Shown here piece by piece: positions 27,779-38,113 of a DNA stretch of 64,000 nt. Positions within the stretch are counted from its first letter, which is position 1. Every line of letters starts with the position of its first letter. Origin of the DNA: an uncultured Pseudobdellovibrionaceae bacterium (GTDB lineage Bacteria; Bdellovibrionota; FAC87; UBA2466). The notes under the pieces were generated by a model. The model ran no database searches, had not been told where the DNA came from, and saw only the letters and a list, made by a program, of their open reading frames with translations. The stretch covers positions 6,483-70,482 of the forward strand of contig CAZTDN010000018.1 in the NCBI GenBank assembly GCA_964611895.1, in the 5' to 3' direction. Made by a program: the position numbers and the translations under genes.

Positions 27779-29748
27779 ACCCCACTCCCGAACAACACAA
27801 TGCCATCCAAGCGCCAGGCCCAGTCTGTCTGGTCGCAGCAGCAGGAAGCGGAAAAACTACCGTGCTCGTGGAGCGCTACCTGCGTACGCTCGAGTCGGGC
27901 GCCCAGCCCAACGCTATTTTGGCTGTCACTTTCACCCGAAAAGCCGGCGCTCAATTGCGCGACCGCATACTGGCGCGCCTCTGCGATCAGCCTCAGCTCG
28001 CCGAAGCAGTCCGCCTCACCCCGTGGATTGGGACTCTGCACAGCTTCAGCCTCCAAGTCGTCAAACAATGGGGGACCCTACTCGGTCATGAAACCACTGC
28101 CGAAGTTTTAGAACCACTGGAACAAAGTGCCCTGCAATCCCAAATACTCGACGACTGGATGGATGGACTGACCAATGAAGTTCTGACGCCGATTCTGTCA
28201 CATTGGACTCCTCAGGATCTGCGTGCCCTCGGCGAAGAGGTTCTCGAACGCTCCACCCTTCTCGCGGGCTGGGCCCCCACCGATGGTGCGCCCGAAGCAG
28301 AACGTGCTTTGCAATGCGCTCTTAAACGGCTTCTCACCTCGTGGGAAAACACGCTTCAACACAGGGGGGTTTGTACTTTTGATGGTTTGGAACGCGATGC
28401 CCTCCGATTGCTCAGAGACCACCCCGGCCCGAGAGAGTTTTATCGCCAGGCATTCAAAGCGCTGCTGGTTGATGAGTTTCAGGACACCTCACCCACTCAG
28501 TGGTTCTTGATCCAAAGCTTGCTTGGAGAAAATGAAGAAAAACTTTTTGTCGTGGGCGATCCGCGCCAGTCTATCTACCGGTTCCGCCACGCGGATGTCC
28601 GACTCTTCACCCAGTGGAAACAACACCTAGGCGCCAGCGGCGGCTCGATCCTCGAGCTCAACACCTGCTTTCGCTCTACCCCGGAGCTCGTCTCCCATAT
28701 CAATGCTTGCGCGCGTGTCTTGTTCGCGGATCAACAAGTAGACACTATTGAAATGCTTTCAGGCCGAGATTCGGCAAAAGGTTCTGCTCTGGAAAATATT
28801 TTTTACCCGGGCGATTCCGCGGCTTCGGCCAGCGAGCAGGAACGCGCGCTGGCGGCGCGGACCGCCAGTACTCTCGTGGCCTCGGGTGTTTCGCCTTCAG
28901 AGATCGCTCTGCTTTTTCGAAACGGGGATCGCATGGAAGCTTTTGCGCAGGCGCTCGAGTCCCAAGGCGTGCCAGTCGCCTGCGAACCAGTGGCCCCATT
29001 GTGTTCCCTGTACGAAGTGCGAGATATCAGTTCTTACCTTCAGGCGCTCTCGAGTCCACAAGAAGACATTTATTTCGCGGCATTTTTGCGCACTCCTTAT
29101 ATGGGACTTTCCGCCGCCGAGCTTCTCCTCTTGCAGCAAAACCGGGGTGAGAGCCTTTTTCAAAAAACCGCGGACTGGGACAAACTGCACTGGTTCAGAA
29201 AACTCGCCGCGCAGAAAGATACCCGGCCCCTAGACGCACTGGCCTCGCTCTTTGCGTACACCGGCCACTGGCCACAGCGCAGCGGTCCGGTACTGGCTCT
29301 GTTAGCGGGGATTGGGGAATGCGAAAAATTAGCCGAAGCTTTGCGCTGTCTGCGTGCGTGGGAGCGCGGGGGCACTTCGATTGCCAGTCCATTGGTCAGC
29401 CACCGACCAGACGGTGTGCGCCTGCTCACTGTACACGGAGCAAAAGGTCTCGAGTTTGAACAGGTGCTCTTGGTCGATTTGCTTCGGCGCTCGCCCACTC
29501 GGCTGAATTGGTTGGTGCAAGGACCAGCGGGTTTTGGGTACCGGTTTCGTAAAGAAGGAGAAATCGCAGCCACCCCCGCCTACGATCAAGCAGTGGACCA
29601 CCACCGCCAAGCCGATTTTGAAGAGAGTGCGCGGGTGCTATACGTAGCGCTCACCCGAGCCAAAGATCGGCTGCATGTTTTCTTACCCGCAAACGCAAAA
29701 CTGATTCCCAAAGGTTCTTGGGCGGATAGGCTCGCGCCTTTGCGATAG
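27775..29748 (+). CDS. UvrD/PcrA-family SF1 helicase (657 aa) with no nuclease domain; AddA-like partner
   Basis: Walker A AAAGSGKTT, DEFQDTS (motif II), VVGDPRQSIYRFRHAD (III), LNTCFRST (IV), LLTVHGAKGLEFE (V), YVALTRAKDRL (VI). ATGA overlap with the upstream nuclease gene. Confidence 0.8.
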   Translation: MNPTPEQHNAIQAPGPVCLVAAAGSGKTTVLVERYLRTLESGAQPNAILAVTFTRKAGAQLRDRILARLCDQPQLAEAVRLTPWIGTLHSFSLQVVKQWGTLLGHETTAEVLEPLEQSALQSQILDDWMDGLTNEVLTPILSHWTPQDLRALGEEVLERSTLLAGWAPTDGAPEAERALQCALKRLLTSWENTLQHRGVCTFDGLERDALRLLRDHPGPREFYRQAFKALLVDEFQDTSPTQWFLIQSLLGENEEKLFVVGDPRQSIYRFRHADVRLFTQWKQHLGASGGSILELNTCFRSTPELVSHINACARVLFADQQVDTIEMLSGRDSAKGSALENIFYPGDSAASASEQERALAARTASTLVASGVSPSEIALLFRNGDRMEAFAQALESQGVPVACEPVAPLCSLYEVRDISSYLQALSSPQEDIYFAAFLRTPYMGLSAAELLLLQQNRGESLFQKTADWDKLHWFRKLAAQKDTRPLDALASLFAYTGHWPQRSGPVLALLAGIGECEKLAEALRCLRAWERGGTSIASPLVSHRPDGVRLLTVHGAKGLEFEQVLLVDLLRRSPTRLNWLVQGPAGFGYRFRKEGEIAATPAYDQAVDHHRQADFEESARVLYVALTRAKDRLHVFLPANAKLIPKGSWADRLAPLR

Positions 29749-29840
29749 TACCGGCAGGAAAATCAAAGGGGAGACCTGGATTGTCCACTTGCGTGGAGAA
29801 ATACGGATCTCCCCTTCCTTCTGGGAGAAGACTTGAAAAA

Positions 29841-30620
29841 TCAAATCCGCACTGTGACTGTGCCCATGATCCGCCAAAGTTTGGATTGCATCAAACTCGC
29901 TTCTTCGAGCCCGGGTGCTGCGGTAACTTCGCCTGATGCTGATGTCGCCGAGGCGGAAAATGGCCGATTCAAAGCGGGGATCAGGTACGATCCGCGCGCC
30001 CCAATCGAAACAGTTTCGGTGATGCTCATATCGGCACCAAAGAGCAGGTTTGCACTGGCGACAAACGCGCTGTAAGTCCCAATCCCACTCGGCGTCACCC
30101 CGTACATATTGTGGTAAAGCATACCCATTACGCCGGCGCCAATGTAAGGACGCAAACGCGTCTTGGTCAGGTAGATTTTTCCGTTTGCTCCCAGGAGCAC
30201 AATGTGAAAATCCCGGTTATAAACAACGCTCGCTGTTTCCCCTGAGCCCTGGAGGTAGGAAATTTTGTAGTTGTTGTATCCACCCTCTACTTCGAACGCA
30301 AAGTAAGTCGAGACCGGGAGCTCTAGCGCAAGTCCGAGTCCGTACTGATTGCGAGTGTTTTCTTTCCAATCGCCACCAAAGATCGCTCCCCCAAACATGG
30401 GAGTGATCCCGACAGACTTGGCCGTTGAAGGTTCCACGGCCGCTACACTGGTTTGAATGTAAGCATCGGCATTAGATTCCGATGCTGTCGCTACGGCCGC
30501 CGGCTCGGTGGGGACGGCACTTTCTACTACGGACAACTCCTCTGTCACCGCCGCTTTCAGCGAGGTCGGGCAGACGACGCTGAGTAGGATCACGGACAAC
30601 GGAAATACGATTTTTCGCAT
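29841..30620 (-). CDS. Outer-membrane beta-barrel protein (OmpA-like/OmpW-size, 259 aa), hypothetical
   Basis: Signal peptide MRKIVFPLSVILLSVVCPTSLKA. Alternating hydrophobic beta-strand pattern with aromatic girdle residues. Confidence 0.45.
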   Translation of the reverse strand: MRKIVFPLSVILLSVVCPTSLKAAVTEELSVVESAVPTEPAAVATASESNADAYIQTSVAAVEPSTAKSVGITPMFGGAIFGGDWKENTRNQYGLGLALELPVSTYFAFEVEGGYNNYKISYLQGSGETASVVYNRDFHIVLLGANGKIYLTKTRLRPYIGAGVMGMLYHNMYGVTPSGIGTYSAFVASANLLFGADMSITETVSIGARGSYLIPALNRPFSASATSASGEVTAAPGLEEASLMQSKLWRIMGTVTVRI

Positions 30621-30739
30621 CAGGGACCCTTTAACGAAAACTCTCTCGGGCTTTGGATTAGGCGGAGCTCCCTAGTGCAGGCAGTGTGCCAGAAAGGACA
30701 AATGGCCTAAGTGCTGGGTTTGATAAAACAATGCATTTT

Positions 30740-30876
30740 GTCACTGTCGAAGGTGTGAACACCACAGTGACTAAACTTTAGACAGTGCCGCAGAATGCGC
30801 CAGTAAAGCATTGTTATAATTGGCGTATTGCCCTGTGTATAAACTTTGTACAGGGTGTCTAATTCTTAGACAGTCC
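30740..30876. promoter_or_regulatory. Repeat-rich 245-bp intergenic region with an extended -10 promoter-like element
   Basis: Inverted repeat GTCACTGT(30740-47)...ACAGTGAC(30764-71). Direct repeats AAACTTTAGACAGTG (30773-87), AAACTTTGTACAGGGTG (30841-57) and TTAGACAGTCC (30866-76). TGTTATAAT (30812-20) is a perfect extended -10 on the plus strand. Hairpin CCCTGT(30831-36)/ACAGGG(30850-55). Confidence 0.35.
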
Positions 30877-31276
30877 ACCCAATTGCCTTGAGCCACTCTG
30901 GCGTGGGGGCTATCAGTTTTCGCGCCTCCGTGTCGAAAAAACCCATAACAAACTCGGCCACTGCCGACACCTCGCCAGCCTCATTGTAGAGGATTTGTTC
31001 CAGCCGCCCTATTTTGGAGTTTAGCTCTTTGAGCTCGGTGGTGAGACGTATCTTCTCGCGCAATTTGAGCTCGCGCTTGAACTTTACGTTCACCTCCAGG
31101 ATGACAGGCCCCTTCTTGAGGCGCCGAACTTCCGCTAAGCCATACCCACCTTGAGTGATGAGTTCCCACCGAGCCTCCTCAAAGAGCATGAGGTATTGGG
31201 CGTTGTTCACATGCCCAAACGTATCTAAATGCGCCTCACGAATTTGCGTGCGGTACTCTACTACTTTGCCAGGCAT
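30866..31276 (-). CDS. Acyl-CoA thioesterase, hotdog fold (YbgC/4HBT family)
   Basis: 136 aa. IREAHLDTFGHVNNAQYLMLFEEARWEL, typical of YbgC/4HBT thioesterases. Confidence 0.65.
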   Translation of the reverse strand: MPGKVVEYRTQIREAHLDTFGHVNNAQYLMLFEEARWELITQGGYGLAEVRRLKKGPVILEVNVKFKRELKLREKIRLTTELKELNSKIGRLEQILYNEAGEVSAVAEFVMGFFDTEARKLIAPTPEWLKAIGWTV

Positions 31277-31298
31277 CGAACTCTCCTTTCCATTGCGG

Positions 31299-33986
31299 TC
31301 ATTTGGCTTGGTGCCAGTTCATCCCCCACCCCGCATCGACTTTCAACGGGATTTTGAGAGACATGGCCGAGCTCATTTCTGCCAACACCAACTCTTCCAT
31401 GAGGGCTTTTTCACCTTGGGGAACTTCAAAAATCAACTCGTCATGCACTTGCATGATCATTCGACTACGGAGTCCTTCGGCTTTGAGCTTGCGAGCAATC
31501 GACACCATTGCCGCCTTGATCAAATCTGCAGCCGTTCCCTGCAGCGGAGTATTGATTGCGGTTCTTTCGGCCATTTCCCGACGCATGCGATTTTGGGAGC
31601 TGATTTCAGGAATATTTCGCCGGCGGCCCATGCGAGTGATGGCAAACCCGGTCTGGCGTGCTGACTCCGCCAAACTCTGCAAAAAGGCCTGCACGCCGCT
31701 GTACCTGGCAAAATACTTATCAATAAACTCCTTTGCCCTGCCGGGAGGAATTTTCAGGGTTTGGGACAAGCCGTAAGGTGTTTGTCCATAAACGACGCCA
31801 AAATTGATCGTCTTCGCGATGCGCCGCTGCTCAGGACTGACTTGGGTGACTCCGAAAATCTGCTTGGCGGTGAACTCATGCACATCCTCGTCGTTTTGAA
31901 ATGCTCGAATCAACTCAGCGTCCCCGCTCATATCCGCGAGAAGCCGCAGTTCGATCTGGGAATAGTCACAGGACAATAACTCCGTCCCTGGAGGCGCCAC
32001 AAACACAGAGCGAATATCAAACCGCGGATCGCCCCCAATGGGAATATTCTGCAAATTGGGATTAGAGCTCGATAGCCTACCAGTAGCTGCGACGGTTTGA
32101 TTGTAGCTCGTGTGCACCCGCCGGGTTTGTGGGTGAATCTGCCCCAATAGCCCATCGACGTAAGTCGACTTGAGCTTACCGTATTCCCGAAACTTTAGAA
32201 TCGTTGCACAAATGGCATGATCCGCACTAAGCGCCGACAGCACGCTTTCGTCCGTGGAAACGCCGGTTTTGGTTTTCTTAACAACCGGAAGCCCCAGTTT
32301 CTCAAACAGGATTTTAGAAAGCTGCTTCGGCGATTGAATGTTAAAGCTTTCTCCAGCCAAACGATAGATTTCCACTTCGGCGGATTTCATTTCATGCTCG
32401 AGATCCACGGACATCTTTTCCAATGCCGGTCGATCTACCAGGACTCCGTGGTATTCCATTTCCGCGAGCACATTTATCAGCGGGACTTCAACCTCGTGAT
32501 AGAGTTTTTCGAGCCCTTTTTCGCGCAGTTTGGGAAACAACATCTGATGCAAGCGCAGCGCCACATCCGCATCTTCAGACGAGTACTGCGCGGCTTTTTC
32601 GATGCTGACCTCCGAGAAAGAAACCTGGGATTTTCCACTTCCAGCCACTTCTTCGTAGGTAATATTGCTATGCCCGAGATACTTCAGAGCCAGAGCGTCT
32701 AACCCGTGCGGTTCGTCTGGATCGAGCAAGTAACTCTCAATCATGGTATCCGCAGCAATTCCCGCAAGCTCGATTCCCCAACGTTTCAGGATTTGGGCGT
32801 CGTATTTTAAGTTCTGGCCCACCTTAGCAATGGCTGGGTTCTCCAGGAGCGGCTTGAGTACTTGCCTCGTCTCATTCTCATCCAGATTTCCCACTACCAG
32901 TTCTTCTGAGCCCCCAGGGGCTTTGTGCCCGACGGGAAGATAGTACGCCTCACCCGGCTTGCCGCAGATTGAAATGCCCACGCAGTCAGCGCTGTGTATC
33001 AGCAAAGAAGTCGTTTCAGTGTCCACCGCGATTGCCGGAAGCTGAGCCCATTTTTCGACCAATGCCCTGAGCTCAGCGATGCTCGACACTGCCTTGTAGC
33101 GAGCCCCCTCAAACGCTTCTTTTTTCTCCGACATGCCGAAGCGTTTCAGGAGTCCGGAAAACTCCAACTCCTCAAAAAAGGCTTGGAGTTCGGCCTTCCG
33201 CGGCCCGGTGTAATTCATTCTTTCGTAGGAGATCTCCAAGGGGACGTCTCGCCTCACCGTGGCCAGCTGCTGACTCAAAAAAGCCTGCTCACGTTGATCG
33301 GCTAGCGTCTGCCTGCGCTTTTCCTGTTTAATCTGATCCAGCCCGTTGTAAATTCCCTCCAAAGTTCCAAACTGAGAGATCAGCTCTGCCGCCGTTTTTG
33401 GGCCAATCCCTGCAACACCCGGTATATTGTCGGAAGAATCTCCCATGAGAGCCAGAACATCGACCACTTGCTCTGGCCTTACTTGGAATTTCTCAAAGAC
33501 TTCTTTTGCGCCAATACGCTTGCCCTTCATCGTATCGTACAAGGTGATGGAATCTCCCACGAGTTGCATCAAGTCTTTGTCGCCTGTGATGATTTCGACT
33601 TGATACCCGTCTTTTTTGGCCTGTTCTGCCAAAGTGGCAATCACATCGTCTGCCTCAAAACCTTCGGCTTCCAAGCGTTCTATCCCAAAGCAATCCACGG
33701 CGCGCTGAATTAGCTCAAACTGAGGGATCAGATCCTCGGGAGGCTTTTCGCGATTTGCCTTGTACTCTTCGAAAAGGTCTTTGCGGAAGGAGGGCTTCGC
33801 TGTATCAAATGTAATGGCGAGTTTGGTTGGTTTTTCGTCTTCCAATACTTTGAGCAGCATGTTCACAAAACCGTAAACAGCATTGGTGGGCAGTCCCTTA
33901 GAAGTCGACAAGCGCGTGATGGCGTAAAAGGCTCGAAAAATATACCCGCTACCATCGATAATAATAATGCGTTCTTTTGCGCTCAT
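31299..33986 (-). CDS. polA: DNA polymerase I
   Basis: 895 aa. 5-prime nuclease N-terminus (IIIDGSGYIFRAFYA), 3-prime-5-prime exo region, polymerase motif B RRIAKTINFGVVYGQ, motif C QVHDELIFE. Confidence 0.95.
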   Translation of the reverse strand: MSAKERIIIIDGSGYIFRAFYAITRLSTSKGLPTNAVYGFVNMLLKVLEDEKPTKLAITFDTAKPSFRKDLFEEYKANREKPPEDLIPQFELIQRAVDCFGIERLEAEGFEADDVIATLAEQAKKDGYQVEIITGDKDLMQLVGDSITLYDTMKGKRIGAKEVFEKFQVRPEQVVDVLALMGDSSDNIPGVAGIGPKTAAELISQFGTLEGIYNGLDQIKQEKRRQTLADQREQAFLSQQLATVRRDVPLEISYERMNYTGPRKAELQAFFEELEFSGLLKRFGMSEKKEAFEGARYKAVSSIAELRALVEKWAQLPAIAVDTETTSLLIHSADCVGISICGKPGEAYYLPVGHKAPGGSEELVVGNLDENETRQVLKPLLENPAIAKVGQNLKYDAQILKRWGIELAGIAADTMIESYLLDPDEPHGLDALALKYLGHSNITYEEVAGSGKSQVSFSEVSIEKAAQYSSEDADVALRLHQMLFPKLREKGLEKLYHEVEVPLINVLAEMEYHGVLVDRPALEKMSVDLEHEMKSAEVEIYRLAGESFNIQSPKQLSKILFEKLGLPVVKKTKTGVSTDESVLSALSADHAICATILKFREYGKLKSTYVDGLLGQIHPQTRRVHTSYNQTVAATGRLSSSNPNLQNIPIGGDPRFDIRSVFVAPPGTELLSCDYSQIELRLLADMSGDAELIRAFQNDEDVHEFTAKQIFGVTQVSPEQRRIAKTINFGVVYGQTPYGLSQTLKIPPGRAKEFIDKYFARYSGVQAFLQSLAESARQTGFAITRMGRRRNIPEISSQNRMRREMAERTAINTPLQGTAADLIKAAMVSIARKLKAEGLRSRMIMQVHDELIFEVPQGEKALMEELVLAEMSSAMSLKIPLKVDAGWGMNWHQAK

Positions 33987-34660
33987 GCGGTCCTCCGAGA
34001 CCGCATCACTTCGAATGCCGCCGGCAAAATTGAAACAAAGACGATTCCCAAGACAACCAAAGTAAAGTTGTCCTTAATGATGGGAAGGTTTCCGAAAAAA
34101 TACCCAGCCAGAGTGCAGGAAAAAACCCAAAGCGCCGCACCCACAATATTGTAAGTAGCAAAACGCCAATAACTCATCTTACCCACCCCTGCCAAAAAGG
34201 GGGCGAAAGTGCGCACTATTGGAACGAAACGAGCAAGGACAATTGTTTTCGAACCGTATCTTTCGTAAAACTGCTGGGTTTTGTCCAAATATTCTTTTTT
34301 GAAAACCTTGGGGTAAGACGCCATGAGCTTCGGCCCCACGGTAGATCCGACGGCATAATTCACCGCATCGCCTAAAACCGCTCCCACAAAGAGCAGGACC
34401 AAAAGCAGCGGAAGATCCAAACTCCCCCGCGCGGCAAATGCACCCGCTGCAAACAGCAATGAATCCCCGGGCAAGATGGGTGTGATGACTAGCCCCGTCT
34501 CTAAGAATAGAATCAGAAACAGCAGACCATAGGTCCAAACTCCATAGTTTTGAATCACTCCATCTAGGTGTTTATCCAAATGAACGAAGAGGTCGACTAG
34601 TTGCTTTATCGTTTCCATATTGGGCACCAATTTGCTTTGCTTCGGCTCCGATGACAACAA
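33983..34660 (-). CDS. DedA/SNARE-associated family membrane protein
   Basis: 225 aa polytopic. GYFFGN-type conserved segment. True start probably the internal METIKQL Met, which leaves ~70 bp of divergent space to icmF. Confidence 0.6.
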   Translation of the reverse strand: MLSSEPKQSKLVPNMETIKQLVDLFVHLDKHLDGVIQNYGVWTYGLLFLILFLETGLVITPILPGDSLLFAAGAFAARGSLDLPLLLVLLFVGAVLGDAVNYAVGSTVGPKLMASYPKVFKKEYLDKTQQFYERYGSKTIVLARFVPIVRTFAPFLAGVGKMSYWRFATYNIVGAALWVFSCTLAGYFFGNLPIIKDNFTLVVLGIVFVSILPAAFEVMRSRRTA

Positions 34661-34678
34661 GCATCTTCCACGGTAGAA

Positions 34679-37600
34679 GTGTTATCCATGGACAGTTATC
34701 TCCCGCAAAATAAAATCCGAATTGTCACTGCGACCTCGTTGTTCGATGGGCACGATGCCGCCATCAACGTCATGCGTCGAATCCTTCAAGCAAGCGGCGC
34801 TGAAGTCATTCACCTAGGCCATAACCGCTCGGCAGAAGAAGTCGTCGACTGCGCTATCCAGGAAGACGCCCAAGCTATAGCCATGACCTCCTATCAGGGC
34901 GGGCATATGGAATATTTCAAATACCAATACGATCTGCTCAAACAAAAAGGGTTTGAGCATATCCGCCTTTTTGGGGGCGGCGGCGGAGTCATCCTCCCCA
35001 GTGAGATTCAAGAACTCAAAAAGTATGGCATAGCCCATATCTACTCACCCGATGACGGCCGATCGATGGGGCTGCAGGGAATGATCAATGATTTGCTTCA
35101 AAAAAGTGATTTTGCCACGGTGAAAAAAGCCCCAGCCCTCGACTCCCTTTCGTTTTCCAGCCCCGGGAAGCTGGCACAGGCCATAACCGCAGCGGAAAAC
35201 GGAATGTACGCCCCTGGAGAAGTGGAAAAATGGGCCCAGAAACGAGCGTCCAAATGCCCAGTCCTGGGGGTGACCGGGACCGGTGGTGCGGGAAAGTCGT
35301 CGCTGGTCGACGAACTCATTCGCCGTTTCTTGCGAGATCAATCTGAAAGCCGAGTCGCGGTCCTCGCGGTCGACCCATCCAAACGCAAAACCGGCGGGGC
35401 ACTGCTGGGGGATCGGATCCGAATGAATGCGGTATACCACCCGCGGGCGTATATGCGGTCCCTGGCCACGCGCCAAAGCCACCTCTCACTGAGCACTCAT
35501 GTTCACGAAGCTGTCCTTCTTCTCAAAGGCGCCGGTTACGACCTCGTGGTCTTAGAAACCTCGGGCATTGGTCAATCGGACACCGAGATTGTGGACCATT
35601 GCGATTACTCACTCTATGTCATGACCCCTGAATATGGAGCTGCCACCCAACTCGAAAAAATCGACATGATCGATTTTGCAGATGCGATCGCACTGAACAA
35701 GTTTGACCGGCGAGGGGCGCAGGATGCGTTGCGTGATGTACGCAAGCAGTACAAGCGGGCGCGTAAGCTTTTTGAAGTGGAAGACTCCGCGGTCCCCGTT
35801 GTGGGGACGATTGCGTCTCAGTTTAATGACGGCGGAATGAACCGTTTCTACAGCCTGGTCATGGAAGGGCTCCGCAAGAAAACAGGCGCCCCTTTTCAAC
35901 GGAAAGAGAACGCACTGGTTCTCGAACCAGAAAAATCTACCATCATCCCCCCTGAACGCACACGCTACCTTTCGGAAATTTCGTCGAAAGTGCGTGAGCA
36001 CAAAGCCTGGATACAATCTCAGGTAGATGCGGCGAACGCATGTTTTGGTTTACACGCGGCCATACAAACTGCTGGAGCAGCGGAAAAACCCACACTGGAG
36101 GCCCTACTTGACGAACGCAAAACCCGTCTAGCGCCCGAGAGTCGGAAGATTATTGAAACCTGGGCGCAAAAGCGCAAAGCCTTTGACGCAGATGACTTTT
36201 CGTTTGTGGTTCGCGAGCAGCAAGTCAAACTGCCGGCCTATTCTGAGTCCCTTAGCCATACCCGCATTCCCAAAGTGGCGCTTCCTAAGTTTGAAGCTTG
36301 GGGGGAAATACTGCGGTGGTCCCTTGAAGAAAACACACCCGGAGAGTTCCCCTATACCGCGGGCGTTTTCCCGCTAAAACGCGAAAATGAAGACCCCACG
36401 CGGATGTTTGCCGGTGAAGGCGGCCCGGAACAAACGAATAAACGCTTTCACTATGTTTCGATGGACTTACCGGCGCGTCGTCTATCGACTGCATTTGACT
36501 CGGTGACTCTCTACGGCGAGGACCCCGGTATTCGCCCTGATATTTTTGGAAAAATCGGCAATGCCGGCGTTTCCATCTGCTGCTTGGACGACGCCAAAAA
36601 GTTATATTCAGGTTTTGATCTCTGTGATCCATCTACTTCGGTCTCCATGACCATTAACGGACCAGCACCCATGGTACTTGGATTTTTCCTCAACGCAGCC
36701 GTGGACCAGGCGTGTGAAAAATACATTGTGACCAATGGATTGCAGGACGAAATAGAAAAAAAGAAAAAGGCCTATTTTGAAAAACGGGGCGTATCCGCGC
36801 CCCGCTACCGAGGAGACCTTCCTCAAGGCAACCAGGGTTTGGGCCTGATGTTGCTCGGAATAACGGGCGATGAAGTCTTGCCAAAAGAGACGTACGAAAA
36901 GATCAAAGCCGAAACTCTGCGCCAAGTGCGCGGCACAGTTCAAGCGGATATTCTAAAGGAGGATCAGGCCCAGAATACCTGTATTTTCTCGACTGAATTT
37001 GCCTTGCGCATGATGGGAGATGTTCAAAAGTATTTTATCGATCACCAGGTGCGGAACTTTTACTCCGTTTCGATTTCCGGATACCACATTGCCGAAGCAG
37101 GTGCGAACCCCATTACGCAGCTGGCGTTTACTCTCGCCAATGGATTTTCCTACGTGGAGTATTATCGATCGCGGGGCATGGCGGTGGACGATTTTGCGCC
37201 GAACCTGTCTTTCTTTTTTTCAAATGGTGTGGATCCAGAATATGCAGTGATAGGACGAGTCGCGCGGCGCATTTGGTCCAGAGCGATGAAGTATGTTTAC
37301 GGTGCCAACGCGCGCAGCCAAAAGCTCAAATACCATATCCAAACTTCGGGGCGCTCGCTGCACGCGCAGGAAATCGATTTCAATGATATCCGGACCACCT
37401 TGCAAGCGGTCTACGCCATTTTTGACAACTGCAACTCCTTGCATACTAACGCCTATGACGAGGCGATCACGACTCCGACGGAAGAATCGGTGCGCAGGGC
37501 CATGGCTATCCAGATGATCATCAACCATGAGTTGGGCCTGTCCAAGAACCAAAACCCACTTCAGGGCTCCTTCATTATCGAACGCCTCACGGACTTGGTG

Positions 37601-38029
37601 GAAGAAGCTGTTTTGACCGAGTTCGATCGCCTCACCGAGCGCGGTGGGGTGTTGGGTGCAATGGAAACCATGTACCAGCGAGGCAAAATTCAAGAAGAGT
37701 CGCTCTACTACGAAACGCTCAAACACGAGGGCAAATACCCCATTATCGGCGTCAATACGTTTCTTTCTTCGAAGGGTTCACCTACGGTCTTGCCAAGAGA
37801 AGTCATCCGCAGCACGGACACTCAAAAACAGGCGCAGATCGAGACCGTGCGACAAGTCCAGGAGCGCGGTGGCGCAGCAGCGGCACAAGCTCTGACCGCA
37901 CTGCAAGCTGCCGCTACTGAGAATCGCAATACTTTCGAAGCGATCATGGAAGCCAGCAAGGTCTGCACTCTAGGACAAATGACCCGGACCCTTTATGCAG
38001 TGGGCGGCGAGTACCGCCGTAATATGTAA
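34679..38029 (+). CDS. icmF: Fused isobutyryl-CoA mutase IcmF (B12-binding domain + MeaB-like G-protein + mutase catalytic domain)
   Basis: 1116 aa. N-terminal B12-binding DGHD..G motif, P-loop [12 protein letters not shown] (MeaB-like), large C-terminal methylmalonyl-CoA-mutase-family domain. Confidence 0.85.
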   Translation: MLSMDSYLPQNKIRIVTATSLFDGHDAAINVMRRILQASGAEVIHLGHNRSAEEVVDCAIQEDAQAIAMTSYQGGHMEYFKYQYDLLKQKGFEHIRLFGGGGGVILPSEIQELKKYGIAHIYSPDDGRSMGLQGMINDLLQKSDFATVKKAPALDSLSFSSPGKLAQAITAAENGMYAPGEVEKWAQKRASKCPVLGVTGTGGAGKSSLVDELIRRFLRDQSESRVAVLAVDPSKRKTGGALLGDRIRMNAVYHPRAYMRSLATRQSHLSLSTHVHEAVLLLKGAGYDLVVLETSGIGQSDTEIVDHCDYSLYVMTPEYGAATQLEKIDMIDFADAIALNKFDRRGAQDALRDVRKQYKRARKLFEVEDSAVPVVGTIASQFNDGGMNRFYSLVMEGLRKKTGAPFQRKENALVLEPEKSTIIPPERTRYLSEISSKVREHKAWIQSQVDAANACFGLHAAIQTAGAAEKPTLEALLDERKTRLAPESRKIIETWAQKRKAFDADDFSFVVREQQVKLPAYSESLSHTRIPKVALPKFEAWGEILRWSLEENTPGEFPYTAGVFPLKRENEDPTRMFAGEGGPEQTNKRFHYVSMDLPARRLSTAFDSVTLYGEDPGIRPDIFGKIGNAGVSICCLDDAKKLYSGFDLCDPSTSVSMTINGPAPMVLGFFLNAAVDQACEKYIVTNGLQDEIEKKKKAYFEKRGVSAPRYRGDLPQGNQGLGLMLLGITGDEVLPKETYEKIKAETLRQVRGTVQADILKEDQAQNTCIFSTEFALRMMGDVQKYFIDHQVRNFYSVSISGYHIAEAGANPITQLAFTLANGFSYVEYYRSRGMAVDDFAPNLSFFFSNGVDPEYAVIGRVARRIWSRAMKYVYGANARSQKLKYHIQTSGRSLHAQEIDFNDIRTTLQAVYAIFDNCNSLHTNAYDEAITTPTEESVRRAMAIQMIINHELGLSKNQNPLQGSFIIERLTDLVEEAVLTEFDRLTERGGVLGAMETMYQRGKIQEESLYYETLKHEGKYPIIGVNTFLSSKGSPTVLPREVIRSTDTQKQAQIETVRQVQERGGAAAAQALTALQAAATENRNTFEAIMEASKVCTLGQMTRTLYAVGGEYRRNM

Positions 38030-38065
38030 GGTACGCGGTTCCTTTTTAAAAAGTAACCGCGTACC
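38030..38065. repeat. 36-bp palindrome GGTACGCGGTTCC-TTTTTAAAAA-GTAACCGCGTACC (two units; imperfect TTCC/GTAA) starting 1 nt after the icmF stop
   Basis: Read directly from the sequence. Confidence 0.75.
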
Positions 38066-38113
38066 TTTCGATGTACCCTTTGACGTGGCGGCAGAGCTCG
38101 GGTACGGTCTCGC

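Noticed and set aside
29768-29820. Inverted repeat AAAGGGGAGA-N31-TCTCCCCTT with a nested TCCAC-N4-GTGGA between the convergent helicase and OMP genes.
   Set aside because: The loop is too long and there is no clean U-tract. It is possibly a weak bidirectional terminator, but there is not enough support to list it as a feature.
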